Origin: Candidatus Hodarchaeota archaeon
Lineage (GTDB): Archaea; Asgardarchaeota; Lokiarchaeia; Sigyniarchaeales; SOKP01
Direction of reading: 5' to 3'
Assembly (NCBI GenBank): GCA_048886685.1
Contig: JBHLKM010000008.1
Location: 96,001 to 160,000, forward strand
Length of the DNA stretch: 64,000 nt
Positions within the stretch are counted from its first letter, which is position 1, and each line of letters starts with the position of its first letter. Positions 20,732-30,877 of the stretch are shown here, piece after piece. The translations under genes and the position numbers were made by a program. A model generated the notes under the pieces. The model did no database searches, had not been told where the DNA came from, and worked only from the letters and a program-made list of their open reading frames with translations.

Positions 20732-22045
20732 TTAAAGAGCTTCAACTACAGAAGCAATGCCTACGCCGAAACCGCCACACATTAATTGTACGCCATATTT
20801 TTTATTGTAATTCTTCATGTAATGCACCATTTCAGTAAAGTAGATTACTCCACTTGCACCGATAGGATGGCCTATAGCAATTGCACCTCCAGTAGGATTA
20901 ACTCTCGGATCATCAAATTCATATCCAAAATTTTTTGCAAAAGCCAAACATGGGCTTGCGAAGGCTTCATTAGGTTCGATTACATCCATATCATCTACTG
21001 TTAGTTCTGCTCGATCCAATGCTTTTCTCATCGCAGGAATTGGTGCGAGCAACATGATGATTGGTTCTCCTCCAGCAACGGCAGTAGAAAGTATTCGTGC
21101 CATTGGTTTTAACCCAAGCTCATCTGCTTTCTCTCGGGACATTAGTAATGTTGCAGCTGCTCCATCAACTATTTGTGAAGAATTTCCTGCAGTGGTTTTA
21201 CCTCCTTTCTCAGCAGGTCTGAATACTGGTTTCAGCGATTTAATCATCTCCCATCCTTTTTCTGGATCATCTAAATAAATAGGTCGCACAGTCTGGTCTT
21301 CGGAAATCGTAACCTCCTCAACTTTTTGCTTCCCAGTGTTTTCATCCATAATTGGTTTCATATTTTCATCTATATATCTTCTCAGATAAGTTACTGGTAT
21401 CACACGGTTGAAATACTCTTCTTTATTGCGCATTGCCTTAGTAGCTTTCTGATGACTCCACATACCAAATTGATCTAATTCTTCCCTTGTAAAACCATAT
21501 CTATCATTAATCATCTCTGAAGAAACCCCTTGAGGGACGATACTTCTCATAGGTTCATTAGCCCATCTTGGAGACGTTATCATGGGATAGTTTGGGATCA
21601 TTCTAGTTATTTGCATATCTGAACCCATCGCATAATGCGTCATTGACTCAACACCCGCTGCTATACAAATATCACCATCACCCACTTTAATCGCGTTAGT
21701 TACAGTGTTAACAGCTTGAAGTCCCGCATTACAGTATCGATTGACAGTTGCTCCCGCTACTTCTTGTGGCAATCCTGCTAGCATTACTGCTATTCTAGCG
21801 ATATTTCCTCCTTGTTCACCTAATTGGGATAAACATCCTACATGGCAATCCTCAATTTCTTTTGGATCAAATTCTGGACACTTTTCTTTTGTTCTATCTA
21901 CAACTGCTCTTAAAACTGTTACCAATAAATCTTGAGCAGAACATTCCCGAAATGCTCCTCCGAGCTTTCTCATTTGGGCTCTACCCGATTTTCCAACCGG
22001 TGTTCGAACAGCATCAATAACTACACATTCTTTTAATTCTGTCAT
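20732..22045 (-). CDS. Thiolase (acetyl-CoA C-acyltransferase)
   Basis: RTPVGK, NRYCNAG, NEAF, GHPIGASG, MCGGFG. Confidence 0.95.
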   Translation of the reverse strand: MTELKECVVIDAVRTPVGKSGRAQMRKLGGAFRECSAQDLLVTVLRAVVDRTKEKCPEFDPKEIEDCHVGCLSQLGEQGGNIARIAVMLAGLPQEVAGATVNRYCNAGLQAVNTVTNAIKVGDGDICIAAGVESMTHYAMGSDMQITRMIPNYPMITSPRWANEPMRSIVPQGVSSEMINDRYGFTREELDQFGMWSHQKATKAMRNKEEYFNRVIPVTYLRRYIDENMKPIMDENTGKQKVEEVTISEDQTVRPIYLDDPEKGWEMIKSLKPVFRPAEKGGKTTAGNSSQIVDGAAATLLMSREKADELGLKPMARILSTAVAGGEPIIMLLAPIPAMRKALDRAELTVDDMDVIEPNEAFASPCLAFAKNFGYEFDDPRVNPTGGAIAIGHPIGASGVIYFTEMVHYMKNYNKKYGVQLMCGGFGVGIASVVEAL

Positions 22046-22051
22046 TTTTAA

Positions 22052-23206
22052 TCACTCTATTATAATATTTTCTTCTTTTTTTACTTTATTTGGTAAATTT
22101 AAAATTATTTCTTCTGCTTCAGTCATTATACTTTGAATTAAATCATGAACCGTTGGTATTGAGTGAATTCTACCAGTAACAACACCTGCGTTCATAAGAC
22201 TTTCATTTTCATCCTCATCTACTAGTTTTCTGAAACCCTGCTCTTCTAAAATACGGATTTCATTAGTAGATGGGCAAGGTTTTCCACGATAAAGATCTGA
22301 AGCTCCCTTTATTGTTTCATCTACAACTTCGAGAGAGGCTTGGTTAATTAAGAACCTCATAGGACCAAATATTCCCCTCCCAACAATCGTGTCGAATTCT
22401 GTAGCTTTTACAAGCTGTTCTTTCCACATTTGCTCAAAATCTCCTTCTTGAGTAGCGATAAACCTCGTTCCCATTTGAATCCCTATAGCTCCTAAAGCTA
22501 GTGCTGCAGCTAAGGATGCTCCATCAGCAAAACCTCCGGCACCAACAACAGGTAAATTAACAGTTCTAACTACCTCTGGGAGTAGAACCATCGAAGACGT
22601 GTCTCTCCAAGCGCAATGAGCTCCGCCTTCCCTTCCTGATGCAATAATTATATCTACACCAGATCTTTCAGCCCTTTTTGCTCCCCGAACATTTGGGCAG
22701 ACTTGACACCATATTATTGAAGGTAATTCATTCTTAATTTCAAAGAATGCTCTTTTTGAACCCTTTTCTCTCGCATTTATAGCCCAAGGAAGGGGATCAC
22801 CAGCGGAAGTCACCATAACTTTTAATTTTTTCTTCACTTCAGGGTTTTCTTCAAATATTTCTTTAACTGCGAACATGAATTGTCTTGAGACCATAGTAAA
22901 TTCTTTAGCAATTGGGATGTTAACACCAAATACTGCCTCTGGATAATCTTGGAGTTTTTCATAAACGTATCTTATCGTCTGTTTGAGGACATTTTTAGCA
23001 CTTCCTCCTTCCCCAAAATTGAGTTTTCGGTCTTCTTCAGGTATAAAGTTCACATCTGGTCCCGCCATACCAATTGTTGAGATTAAACCTAATCCCCCTT
23101 CTTTAGCTACAGCGATACATAGTTTTGTTGTTGCGTAGGGCCCCATTCCTGCCTGTATAATAGGATATTTCGTCCCAATTATTTCTTGGAATTTTGTTAG
23201 TATCAT
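22052..23206 (-). CDS. Nitronate monooxygenase/FabK-like FMN enzyme
   Basis: PIIQAGMG, GGLG, GREGGAH, AGGFADG, QMGTRF; 6 nt upstream of the thiolase. Confidence 0.9.
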   Translation of the reverse strand: MILTKFQEIIGTKYPIIQAGMGPYATTKLCIAVAKEGGLGLISTIGMAGPDVNFIPEEDRKLNFGEGGSAKNVLKQTIRYVYEKLQDYPEAVFGVNIPIAKEFTMVSRQFMFAVKEIFEENPEVKKKLKVMVTSAGDPLPWAINAREKGSKRAFFEIKNELPSIIWCQVCPNVRGAKRAERSGVDIIIASGREGGAHCAWRDTSSMVLLPEVVRTVNLPVVGAGGFADGASLAAALALGAIGIQMGTRFIATQEGDFEQMWKEQLVKATEFDTIVGRGIFGPMRFLINQASLEVVDETIKGASDLYRGKPCPSTNEIRILEEQGFRKLVDEDENESLMNAGVVTGRIHSIPTVHDLIQSIMTEAEEIILNLPNKVKKEENIIIE

Positions 23207-23477
23207 TTTTATTCATAAATTTAGTTTTTTCAAAAAATTATCAATTCAAAATGTATTTAATTAAATAAATTTTATACTGTTTCTGTATAAAAACTTTAAA
23301 CTTGTGATGACTATATTAATCCTAAAAATTTTTAATCTAGTCTCTTGAACTTTAACTCACTGTATAGAATTTCCATTTAAAAAAATAAGAAATTTAATAA
23401 AAAATACGATTCAAAATGTAATTATATAAATCTTGCTTATAAAAAAGCATAGTTTATACAAATAGTGACTAAATTTC

Positions 23478-24368
23478 ATGGTATTAGAATCTAAAAAATT
23501 AAAATTCTATGCTGATGTTTTTGCCTGGTTTCCTAATAGGCAAATCAAGAAAATCTCAACAGGAAATGGGATTTATTATCAACCTTGTATTCATCCTAAA
23601 GGAACACATGTGTTATATAGTGGAAATTCATCGGGAGTACCGCGAATATGGAAAGGAAATCTCATTACTGGAGAAGTTTCTCCTCTATCTCCAGCAAATT
23701 CGGGAGCACGTCATCCAGTTTTTTCATGGGACGGAAAAAAAATAGCCTTTGCATCAGATAGAGCTTCAGATCAAAATCCTGAGCAAGTGAAAGATATGGG
23801 TCCTGATGGAGCTCCACCTCGAGATTTAACTTTAAATATCTTCATAATGGATGCTGATGGTACAAATGTTACTCAATTAACTTCTGGCTCATATCAAGAT
23901 CAACGTCCATGTTTTAGTCCCGATGGTAAAAAAATTGCATTTGTGTCTACTCGTTCAGGCCCATATCCAGACCTTTGGGTGATTCCAAGTGATGGAAATA
24001 CAGAACCTCAAAAATTATTAAAGCAGGGATGGGGTTATCGTCCTTGGTATTCAATTAATGGAAAATTAATATATTTCTTCACAGGCATTAACAATAGGCA
24101 TCAAATCTGTCAAATATCTTCTGAAGGAGGAACTCCTATACCACTAGTCAATGACGACCAGGGAAAAAGTCATGGTCCTTTCTCAGATCCCGGTGGTGAA
24201 TATCTTTTGATGCATTCTACTCGCGGAGGAAGCTGGGGAATATGGGAATTACCCCTTGATGGAAGCCCACCTCGTTCTCTTCAACCTCCTGGATTTCAGA
24301 ACGCTACACACCCAACTAAAGCGAAGAATGGTAATATTACTTTTGATGTTGTGAGGTATAAGAAATAA
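23478..24368 (+). CDS. TolB-like beta-propeller (PD40 repeats)
   Basis: Repeated PxFSPDGKKIAF-type units; no signal peptide seen. Confidence 0.85.
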   Translation: MVLESKKLKFYADVFAWFPNRQIKKISTGNGIYYQPCIHPKGTHVLYSGNSSGVPRIWKGNLITGEVSPLSPANSGARHPVFSWDGKKIAFASDRASDQNPEQVKDMGPDGAPPRDLTLNIFIMDADGTNVTQLTSGSYQDQRPCFSPDGKKIAFVSTRSGPYPDLWVIPSDGNTEPQKLLKQGWGYRPWYSINGKLIYFFTGINNRHQICQISSEGGTPIPLVNDDQGKSHGPFSDPGGEYLLMHSTRGGSWGIWELPLDGSPPRSLQPPGFQNATHPTKAKNGNITFDVVRYKK

Positions 24369-24387
24369 TAAAGTGGTTTAAAACCTA

Positions 24388-25512
24388 TTATTGTTTAATT
24401 ATGACTCTATTACTAGCTTTCTCTTGTACCACTTTTTCTCCAATGATAGCTATCCTCCTTGATAATTCAGAGATTTTCCATCTTTCATGGTCTTTCACAT
24501 ATGTACAAAAAGTGTCCTGCAAAGGATCTTTCCATTTTCCAGGAATTTTATCAGCTCCATATATGACACCCATAAGTGCTCCGATATTACCACAATTACA
24601 ATCAGTATCATAACCCATCATTGCTGCAATACAAATAGAGCGACCAAACGGATCCTCCTTATCTTGAGCCCCAAATAGAAGTGAAAGTATTATTATTCCG
24701 ATATTTGGTAATGTATGAATCATTGCTAAACCTGTATTTAGGATGATACGCCTTACTAAATCCCTTTGGAAAACTAAAGATGAATCAAGCGTTTTATTTA
24801 CCATTTCTTCAATCCAATATTCCTTAGTTAAAATCTGTCTTGCCGCCCTAAAATCGGTCTTATTATTCTCATAAATATCGATTGCCTTCATTACCATTTG
24901 AGTATATAAACTATCCTTTTCAGGAGGGATGTATTTAAGGGCATTATTGATGTTCTTCCTTATATCTGATTCAAAAAAAGCTTGAGATATCAAAACAGCA
25001 AGAAAGACCTCTCCTTCTATCCCAATTCCCGCGTGAGAAATACAGCCATCAATTTCAGCGTATTCTTTAGCTATTTCTGGGCATCCTGGAGTAATTTGTC
25101 CCCAAATATCGGCTCGCATCTGAGCTCCTATAAAATCATAATAGAAATTATTAAGGATTCCAGATTTAGGTGGCAAGATTCCAGCTTCAAGATTATCATA
25201 TGCAATTTTTTCGGCAGTAAAGATATTATCTCTTCTACTGAGAAGGTTTAACCATTCTTGACCAATTTGCTGCGAAGTAATATTAATGCCATACTTTTCC
25301 ATAGCGAGTAAAGCAACAATTTCATACATCTCGTCATCGTTTACATGATTTAAATCTATTGGTTCAGGATAATCTGTTATATCCCCATATTTACCCAAAA
25401 TTTCTTCGTAACCTTTTCCCTCTACTGGTGCACCAACAAAATCCCCAGTAACTCTACCAATCCAGGACCCTAAAACTCTATTATAATATTCATTCGAACT
25501 TAATTCCATCAT
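24388..25512 (-). CDS. ADP-ribosylglycohydrolase family protein
   Basis: GDFVGAPVEG, NDD, IGAQMRAD, SH, GYDTDCN, IPGKW. Confidence 0.88.
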   Translation of the reverse strand: MMELSSNEYYNRVLGSWIGRVTGDFVGAPVEGKGYEEILGKYGDITDYPEPIDLNHVNDDEMYEIVALLAMEKYGINITSQQIGQEWLNLLSRRDNIFTAEKIAYDNLEAGILPPKSGILNNFYYDFIGAQMRADIWGQITPGCPEIAKEYAEIDGCISHAGIGIEGEVFLAVLISQAFFESDIRKNINNALKYIPPEKDSLYTQMVMKAIDIYENNKTDFRAARQILTKEYWIEEMVNKTLDSSLVFQRDLVRRIILNTGLAMIHTLPNIGIIILSLLFGAQDKEDPFGRSICIAAMMGYDTDCNCGNIGALMGVIYGADKIPGKWKDPLQDTFCTYVKDHERWKISELSRRIAIIGEKVVQEKASNRVIIKQ

Positions 25513-25572
25513 AAAACAATCATCTATTCTTTTTATTCTTCATATCCTTCATTATTATTGTTTGTCATATAA

Positions 25573-26058
25573 TTAAGGCGCAAAGCTTGAGCGCATCTTT
25601 ATACCCCAATGCCCTTCTTGATTAGTAATAATCCAAAGGGAAGGAAAAACACCTATTTTACTACCATCATTTCTGTATCGTGAGAATTGAATTTGGAGAT
25701 GTACTTTATTTGGATCGCTTTGAATCACACGACGATAATCCCAACAACTGTGATTCCACCCATATTCATTTATGAACCATTCGAAAAAATTTTCGTTTGA
25801 GATTGGGGGTTTTTCAGTAACGATTAATTTTCCCCCTTTCCCGACACGAGCGTGAGGGAAATTGCACGCATCTGAACAGCCATTGTTATCTTGGTTATTA
25901 AAATTATTCATGAAAGATATAGCAGTTTCAACTGCCTTCTCTTCAAACTCATTGTTCACGACTGTTAAAACTTTTGTTGTTTCAAGACAATCCTCTGTTA
26001 TTTTTTCTATAGTGATTAGTTCTTTAGGATATTGATTATTATTCTTTTCATGGCTCAA
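25573..26058 (-). CDS. Hypothetical protein, NTF2/SnoaL-like
   Basis: FMNNFN...NFPH...GWNHS...FSRY...SLWIIT..EGHWGI pattern; start uncertain (TTG). Confidence 0.55.
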   Translation of the reverse strand: MSHEKNNNQYPKELITIEKITEDCLETTKVLTVVNNEFEEKAVETAISFMNNFNNQDNNGCSDACNFPHARVGKGGKLIVTEKPPISNENFFEWFINEYGWNHSCWDYRRVIQSDPNKVHLQIQFSRYRNDGSKIGVFPSLWIITNQEGHWGIKMRSSFAP

Positions 26059-26090
26059 TTTTATTCACTAATTTATTATATAAATATAAT

Positions 26091-27296
26091 CTATAGTTCC
26101 CCCTTGTTTTTGAGAAATTCCTTATCTTTATCAATGTAGTATACCCAAGCATTACGAGACATTAAACAGGAATCTTCAGCACCTAGATTTTTTAACAGTT
26201 CAATACGTAATTTCCGTGATTCAATATTTTCTGGAGATGCTTGTATTAACACATCTAAGACTTCTAGCGCTAATTGTACTTGATCTTGATCAAAGAGTTC
26301 TTGTGCTCTCTTTAAAATTTTATCTGAATCTCCTATAAGATTGTACAGTTCCCCCATGACCTCTTTCTCTGGTCTTGGAAGGAGATGCGCAGGGTTATCA
26401 TCAAAATAACCATGATACCAGCGATATACATTAAACACAAAAAACTCTACCCTTGAATAATATGGTCCCAAGTAGGGTGTTTTTGCGAGGTGATCTGGAA
26501 GCTTAATTTTATGGATCATTTCTGTTATATGTGTTCCCTTATTAATATGATCAACCACTTGGTCGTGGAGGGAGTGGATAGCTTCAATATTATAATCTAA
26601 AATTGTACGTGCTTTAGTTCCCTTATAGAAATAACCGGCGCCATTACAAAATATATATTTCGGATTCTCAGCTCGTACTGCTTCTAATGCTTTTGCCCAA
26701 TCTAATGCAAACCGGGTAGGTTTCCATGGATTGCCAATATTTGGTAGTCCATAGATAATAAGATCTCCTATAAACGCAGCTTTTAATTCTGGTACATATA
26801 CCCATACCGCATCATCTGTTTCAGCTCTAACAGCATGAAGTTCAAAGGTTTTATCCCCAAGTGTTATGGTCATATCTCCTAAAAAGGTTTTAGTGGGGTA
26901 CACAAATTCCCGAGGTCTAACAATTTCTGGAATATTGAATTGTACTGCTGATGTATGAGCTCTGTGGGGAGCAAGCATTTTATATTTCTCAAATCGATCT
27001 GGTAAATATTTGCTAGCGATAATTTCTGGATTATCTTTTAAATACGCTGCAGTCCCTCCAGTATGATCACCGTGTCCATGGGTATAAATGATATATTTAA
27101 TTGTTCCTTTAATTCTTTTGAAGACTTCCTTTGCGACATTAACTCTTGCTATTGTATCAATTAATACAACTCCTTCAGTAGTTTCTACCCACGCACAACC
27201 GGCTATTGGTAGTCGAGCAATATGAACATCCTTTATAGGATCCTCAAATTCAGCATTTGGGGCACCCAAAATCCGTCTAGGTTTAATTTCATTCAT
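26091..27296 (-). CDS. MBL-fold alkyl/aryl-sulfatase-like protein with dimerisation domain
   Basis: THGHGDH, AETDD, PNIGNP, YHGYFDDNPAHL. Confidence 0.85.
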   Translation of the reverse strand: MNEIKPRRILGAPNAEFEDPIKDVHIARLPIAGCAWVETTEGVVLIDTIARVNVAKEVFKRIKGTIKYIIYTHGHGDHTGGTAAYLKDNPEIIASKYLPDRFEKYKMLAPHRAHTSAVQFNIPEIVRPREFVYPTKTFLGDMTITLGDKTFELHAVRAETDDAVWVYVPELKAAFIGDLIIYGLPNIGNPWKPTRFALDWAKALEAVRAENPKYIFCNGAGYFYKGTKARTILDYNIEAIHSLHDQVVDHINKGTHITEMIHKIKLPDHLAKTPYLGPYYSRVEFFVFNVYRWYHGYFDDNPAHLLPRPEKEVMGELYNLIGDSDKILKRAQELFDQDQVQLALEVLDVLIQASPENIESRKLRIELLKNLGAEDSCLMSRNAWVYYIDKDKEFLKNKGEL

Positions 27297-27350
27297 TTTT
27301 AATATCCCCTTTAATAGAGTTTAATAATATATATTGGTCTAAATTTAATA

Positions 27351-28391
27351 TTATTTTTTATTTAGTCCTTCATTAATCCTTTCCCATACAACCTCAATTG
27401 GTAGTGGTTGATAAGGAACCTTTTTAAATTGCTCTTTACAAAGTTTATAGATCATTCTATTATAAGGAATCTCAATTTGTAATGAATCTGCCAATTTTAT
27501 CAAATATCCAGTTAAGGATTCAAGCTCAGATTGGTTTTTCTTTCGATGGATCATATCTTGAGCCATACTATTAAACCATGAGTATTTAAGGTTTCGACCA
27601 AAATTCTTAATTGCTGTTACTTTATCGAGATTTCTACCTAATTCCATTATGTTCCAAGAAGGTAGTCCCTTTAATTCAAACTCTTTATATCCGGCAGCTT
27701 TTACAACCTTCACTCCCTCAAGGTATACATTCATAAAAATTTTCCACAGCGTAAAAATCGCATCATCATCTTTAAGTTCTGAACTTATTAGTGTAAAAGT
27801 TGCATTTGAAAGGTTTATTATTAATTTTGAATGAGCTGCATCTTGAAATTGTTGTGTTGTTCTTGTTGGTATTCCAAGATTTAAAATTTGTGCAATTTTA
27901 TTTATAAGTTCCGGATTTTCATTTTCAGGAGTTCCAAGAGTGAGGTATCCTTTACCTCGAGTTCTAAATATCCCTGGTTCTTCCCGCCAACCAGACTGCA
28001 CGACAACAGCATAAACAATTTTCGTAAAGTATTTAGGTAAAACTCGTTGGTTCTCGAATCCATTTTGTAATCCCACGATAATTGGTTTATCTCCTAATTT
28101 TTCGAAAATATCTTTGGCTACTACCTCTAAATCATAGTTTTTAACTGTGATTACTACAATATCAATATTAGTAATTTCATTTAAATCTTCTATAACTTTA
28201 ACTTTTATGGGTTCGGGATTGTCCTTTCCCCTTTCATTAAGAATTAAACCATTAGTTTTAAGCGCTTTCGCATTGTCACCCCTCGCTAATAAGTAAATAT
28301 TTTCATATCCTTGCGTTAGCCATCCTCCAAGGGTCGCACCAATTCCACCAATTCCGTAAATAACTAATTTTAATGAATTAATTGTGTTCAC
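27351..28391 (-). CDS. panE: Ketopantoate reductase (PanE/ApbA family)
   Basis: GIGGIG, TVK, LQNG, KLIIN, SMAQD, ELESLTG. Confidence 0.8.
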   Translation of the reverse strand: MNTINSLKLVIYGIGGIGATLGGWLTQGYENIYLLARGDNAKALKTNGLILNERGKDNPEPIKVKVIEDLNEITNIDIVVITVKNYDLEVVAKDIFEKLGDKPIIVGLQNGFENQRVLPKYFTKIVYAVVVQSGWREEPGIFRTRGKGYLTLGTPENENPELINKIAQILNLGIPTRTTQQFQDAAHSKLIINLSNATFTLISSELKDDDAIFTLWKIFMNVYLEGVKVVKAAGYKEFELKGLPSWNIMELGRNLDKVTAIKNFGRNLKYSWFNSMAQDMIHRKKNQSELESLTGYLIKLADSLQIEIPYNRMIYKLCKEQFKKVPYQPLPIEVVWERINEGLNKK

Positions 28392-28538
28392 TTCAGATAT
28401 TATTCCATTTATATAAAATTGAATAATGAAGAAATAGATTAAAACTTACGGAACTAAAGTATTAATTGAAAATCTCTAACTTTAATACATTTTCTTAATT
28501 ATTTTAATCAATATTAAATAGTTATTTGTGAGGTAAAA

Positions 28539-29588
28539 ATGGTATTAGAAACAAATATAACCAAAATGTTAGGGATTAAACACCCTATTATTGCCGCTCC
28601 AATGGGACCTTTCTATACAACTGAGCTGACAATTGCAATTTCAGAAGCAGGTGGACTTGGTGTCTTAAGTCATAGTGCTTTGTTAAGTGATTATCAGAAA
28701 GGAAGAAATCCCATCGAGATTATGAAAGAAAATATGTTACGGGTAGTTGAGCATACCGATAAGCCTTTTGGATTTAATGTAAGGACTTCACGTAGGGAAA
28801 TAGCTGCCCCACAATTAGTTACAGAAATTCCAAGATTTATTATGGAAAATCAGAGGGTAAAAGAACAATGTGTTTATGCCATTACTAGCGCAGGGTCTTC
28901 AAAAACATTACCAATGTCAAAAGATTACCAAAAATTAAAGGAAACTGGATCACAAATTAAACATTTTCATGTTGCTCCTGCATTATGGCTTGCTGAAAAG
29001 TGTGTTGCTTCAGGAGTAGATGGAATGGTAGTCACTGGGGGTGAAGGTGGAGGTCACCAATCGTATGAAAAAGTGAGTACCTTAGTCTTGTTGCAACAAA
29101 TTATGCAGAAGTATCCAGACTTTCCTGTAGTAGCATGTGGAGGATTTGCCACAGGTGAAGGACTAGCAGCTGCTCTAGCAATGGGAGCAGGCGCTATTGC
29201 AATGGGTTCACGTTTTATAGCTTCAGATGATAGTGAATTTAGTAATGAGTATAAAAATATTGTTCCTCCAGCAAAGGCTCAAGATACTATATTGGTAACA
29301 GGATCTTTAGGACCAATTCGTTTATGGAAAAACGAATATTCGTTGCATCACGGCCTAGTAGCTGATAAAGATGCGAAAATAGCTCAAGAACAAGCCATGT
29401 CACAAGCAGACTTAGTTGAAGAAATGAAGGCATACGAAGCAGCTTATAAGGGGGATACTACAGGAGCTGTTCTCTTAGGACAGAGTATTGGACTAATTCA
29501 TAGCGTGGAAAATGTCAAGAAAATTGTTGATGAAATAGTTGATGATGCAGAAAAACGTTTGAGAAATGCTTATGGATTTTTAAAATAA
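28539..29588 (+). CDS. Nitronate monooxygenase/FabK-like FMN enzyme, close paralog of 12681..13733
   Basis: Same motifs; long identical peptides such as IKHFHVAPALWLA and GGEGGGHQSYE. Confidence 0.9.
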   Translation: MVLETNITKMLGIKHPIIAAPMGPFYTTELTIAISEAGGLGVLSHSALLSDYQKGRNPIEIMKENMLRVVEHTDKPFGFNVRTSRREIAAPQLVTEIPRFIMENQRVKEQCVYAITSAGSSKTLPMSKDYQKLKETGSQIKHFHVAPALWLAEKCVASGVDGMVVTGGEGGGHQSYEKVSTLVLLQQIMQKYPDFPVVACGGFATGEGLAAALAMGAGAIAMGSRFIASDDSEFSNEYKNIVPPAKAQDTILVTGSLGPIRLWKNEYSLHHGLVADKDAKIAQEQAMSQADLVEEMKAYEAAYKGDTTGAVLLGQSIGLIHSVENVKKIVDEIVDDAEKRLRNAYGFLK

Positions 29589-29608
29589 GCAAAATACTAG
29601 TTCTATAA

Positions 29609-29623
29609 TTTTTTTTTTTTTTT
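29609..29623 (+). terminator. T15 tract (possible terminator/attenuator)
   Basis: 15 consecutive T between 28539..29588 and 29658..30824. Confidence 0.4.
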
Positions 29624-29657
29624 AATTAAATTATGAAAATGAAGGTGTTAACTTAAG

Positions 29658-30824
29658 ATGGTAGATGTTAAAAATATTGTAGTAATCGGTGTCGGCTTAA
29701 TGGGTAATGGAATTGCCCAAATATCAATGATGGCAGGATACACCACAACACTTGTCGATATTTCTCAAGAAATCATTGATAAAGCTGTTGCTGGTATTGA
29801 AGGTGGACTAAATAAACTTGAATCTAAAGGAATATTAAAAGTTGCAGAAGTTTTGATACGAATGAAAACGAGTTTAGATCTAGCTTCAGCGGTAAAGGAT
29901 GCAGATTTAATTATAGAAGCAGTAGTAGAAGATATGGATGTGAAGAAAAAGATCTTTAAAACCTGTGATGATAATGCCCCTCCTCATGCAGTAATTGCTT
30001 CAAACACATCAACAATGTCTATAACTGAAATGGCAACTGCTACTAATAGACCAGATAAATGTATTGGTATGCATTTTTTCAATCCGGCACCATTAATGCG
30101 ATTAATAGAAGTTATTGCTGGTGAAAAATCTTCTGATGAAGCAATGGAAATTGGTATGAAGGTCAGCGAAAGTTTGCCATGCCTAAGAGGAGACCGATAC
30201 GTTGCAAAAGTTTTAAAGGACCGACCTGGTTTCATTGTCAATAGGTTGAATGCTCCAGGCGGGATCTATATGAATTATCTTCTTGACACTTGCTTAGAAA
30301 AAGGAATTCCTTTTGAATCTCTAGATGCTGATTTTGGAAGTCGCGGTCCAATGTCTCCACTGGTTCTTTCAGACTATACAGGTATTGATACAGGGTATCA
30401 TGTTCGTAATTATTATGCAGATACTTTACATGAAGACTTTAGACCTGGAAAAGTAATAACCAAAATGTTTAATGAAGCAAAATTTGGCAGAAAAACGGGG
30501 CAAGGATTTTATGATTGGACTAATGGAAGACCACAGCCAGATTTCTCTAAAATCGAAAAAGCTGGATTAGTAGATTCTAGAATTGGCCTTGCTATCCGTC
30601 TAAATGAAGGATGTAGAATATTAGAAGAAGGAATTGCTTCTGGTTGGAAAGTAATAGATGATGCAAATATGGCAGGTATGAATGCACCAGGACCTTTTGA
30701 ATACGGAATTAAAAATTGGCAAGAACTTGTTAAAGTTTTAGAAGAATTTGCTGAAGAAATTGGTAGTGAATATCTTAAACCATGTGAACTGTTTAAAAGC
30801 GGAAAATTTATAGATATGAAATAA
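29658..30824 (+). CDS. 3-hydroxyacyl-CoA dehydrogenase with duplicated C-terminal domain
   Basis: GVGLMGNGIA, EAVVE, ASNTST, GMHFFNP, PGFIVNR, GRKTGQGFY. Confidence 0.93.
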   Translation: MVDVKNIVVIGVGLMGNGIAQISMMAGYTTTLVDISQEIIDKAVAGIEGGLNKLESKGILKVAEVLIRMKTSLDLASAVKDADLIIEAVVEDMDVKKKIFKTCDDNAPPHAVIASNTSTMSITEMATATNRPDKCIGMHFFNPAPLMRLIEVIAGEKSSDEAMEIGMKVSESLPCLRGDRYVAKVLKDRPGFIVNRLNAPGGIYMNYLLDTCLEKGIPFESLDADFGSRGPMSPLVLSDYTGIDTGYHVRNYYADTLHEDFRPGKVITKMFNEAKFGRKTGQGFYDWTNGRPQPDFSKIEKAGLVDSRIGLAIRLNEGCRILEEGIASGWKVIDDANMAGMNAPGPFEYGIKNWQELVKVLEEFAEEIGSEYLKPCELFKSGKFIDMK

Positions 30825-30877
30825 TTTCCCCTTTTTATTTTTTTTTAACTTTTGATCTAAAAAATGGTGAGGAAATA

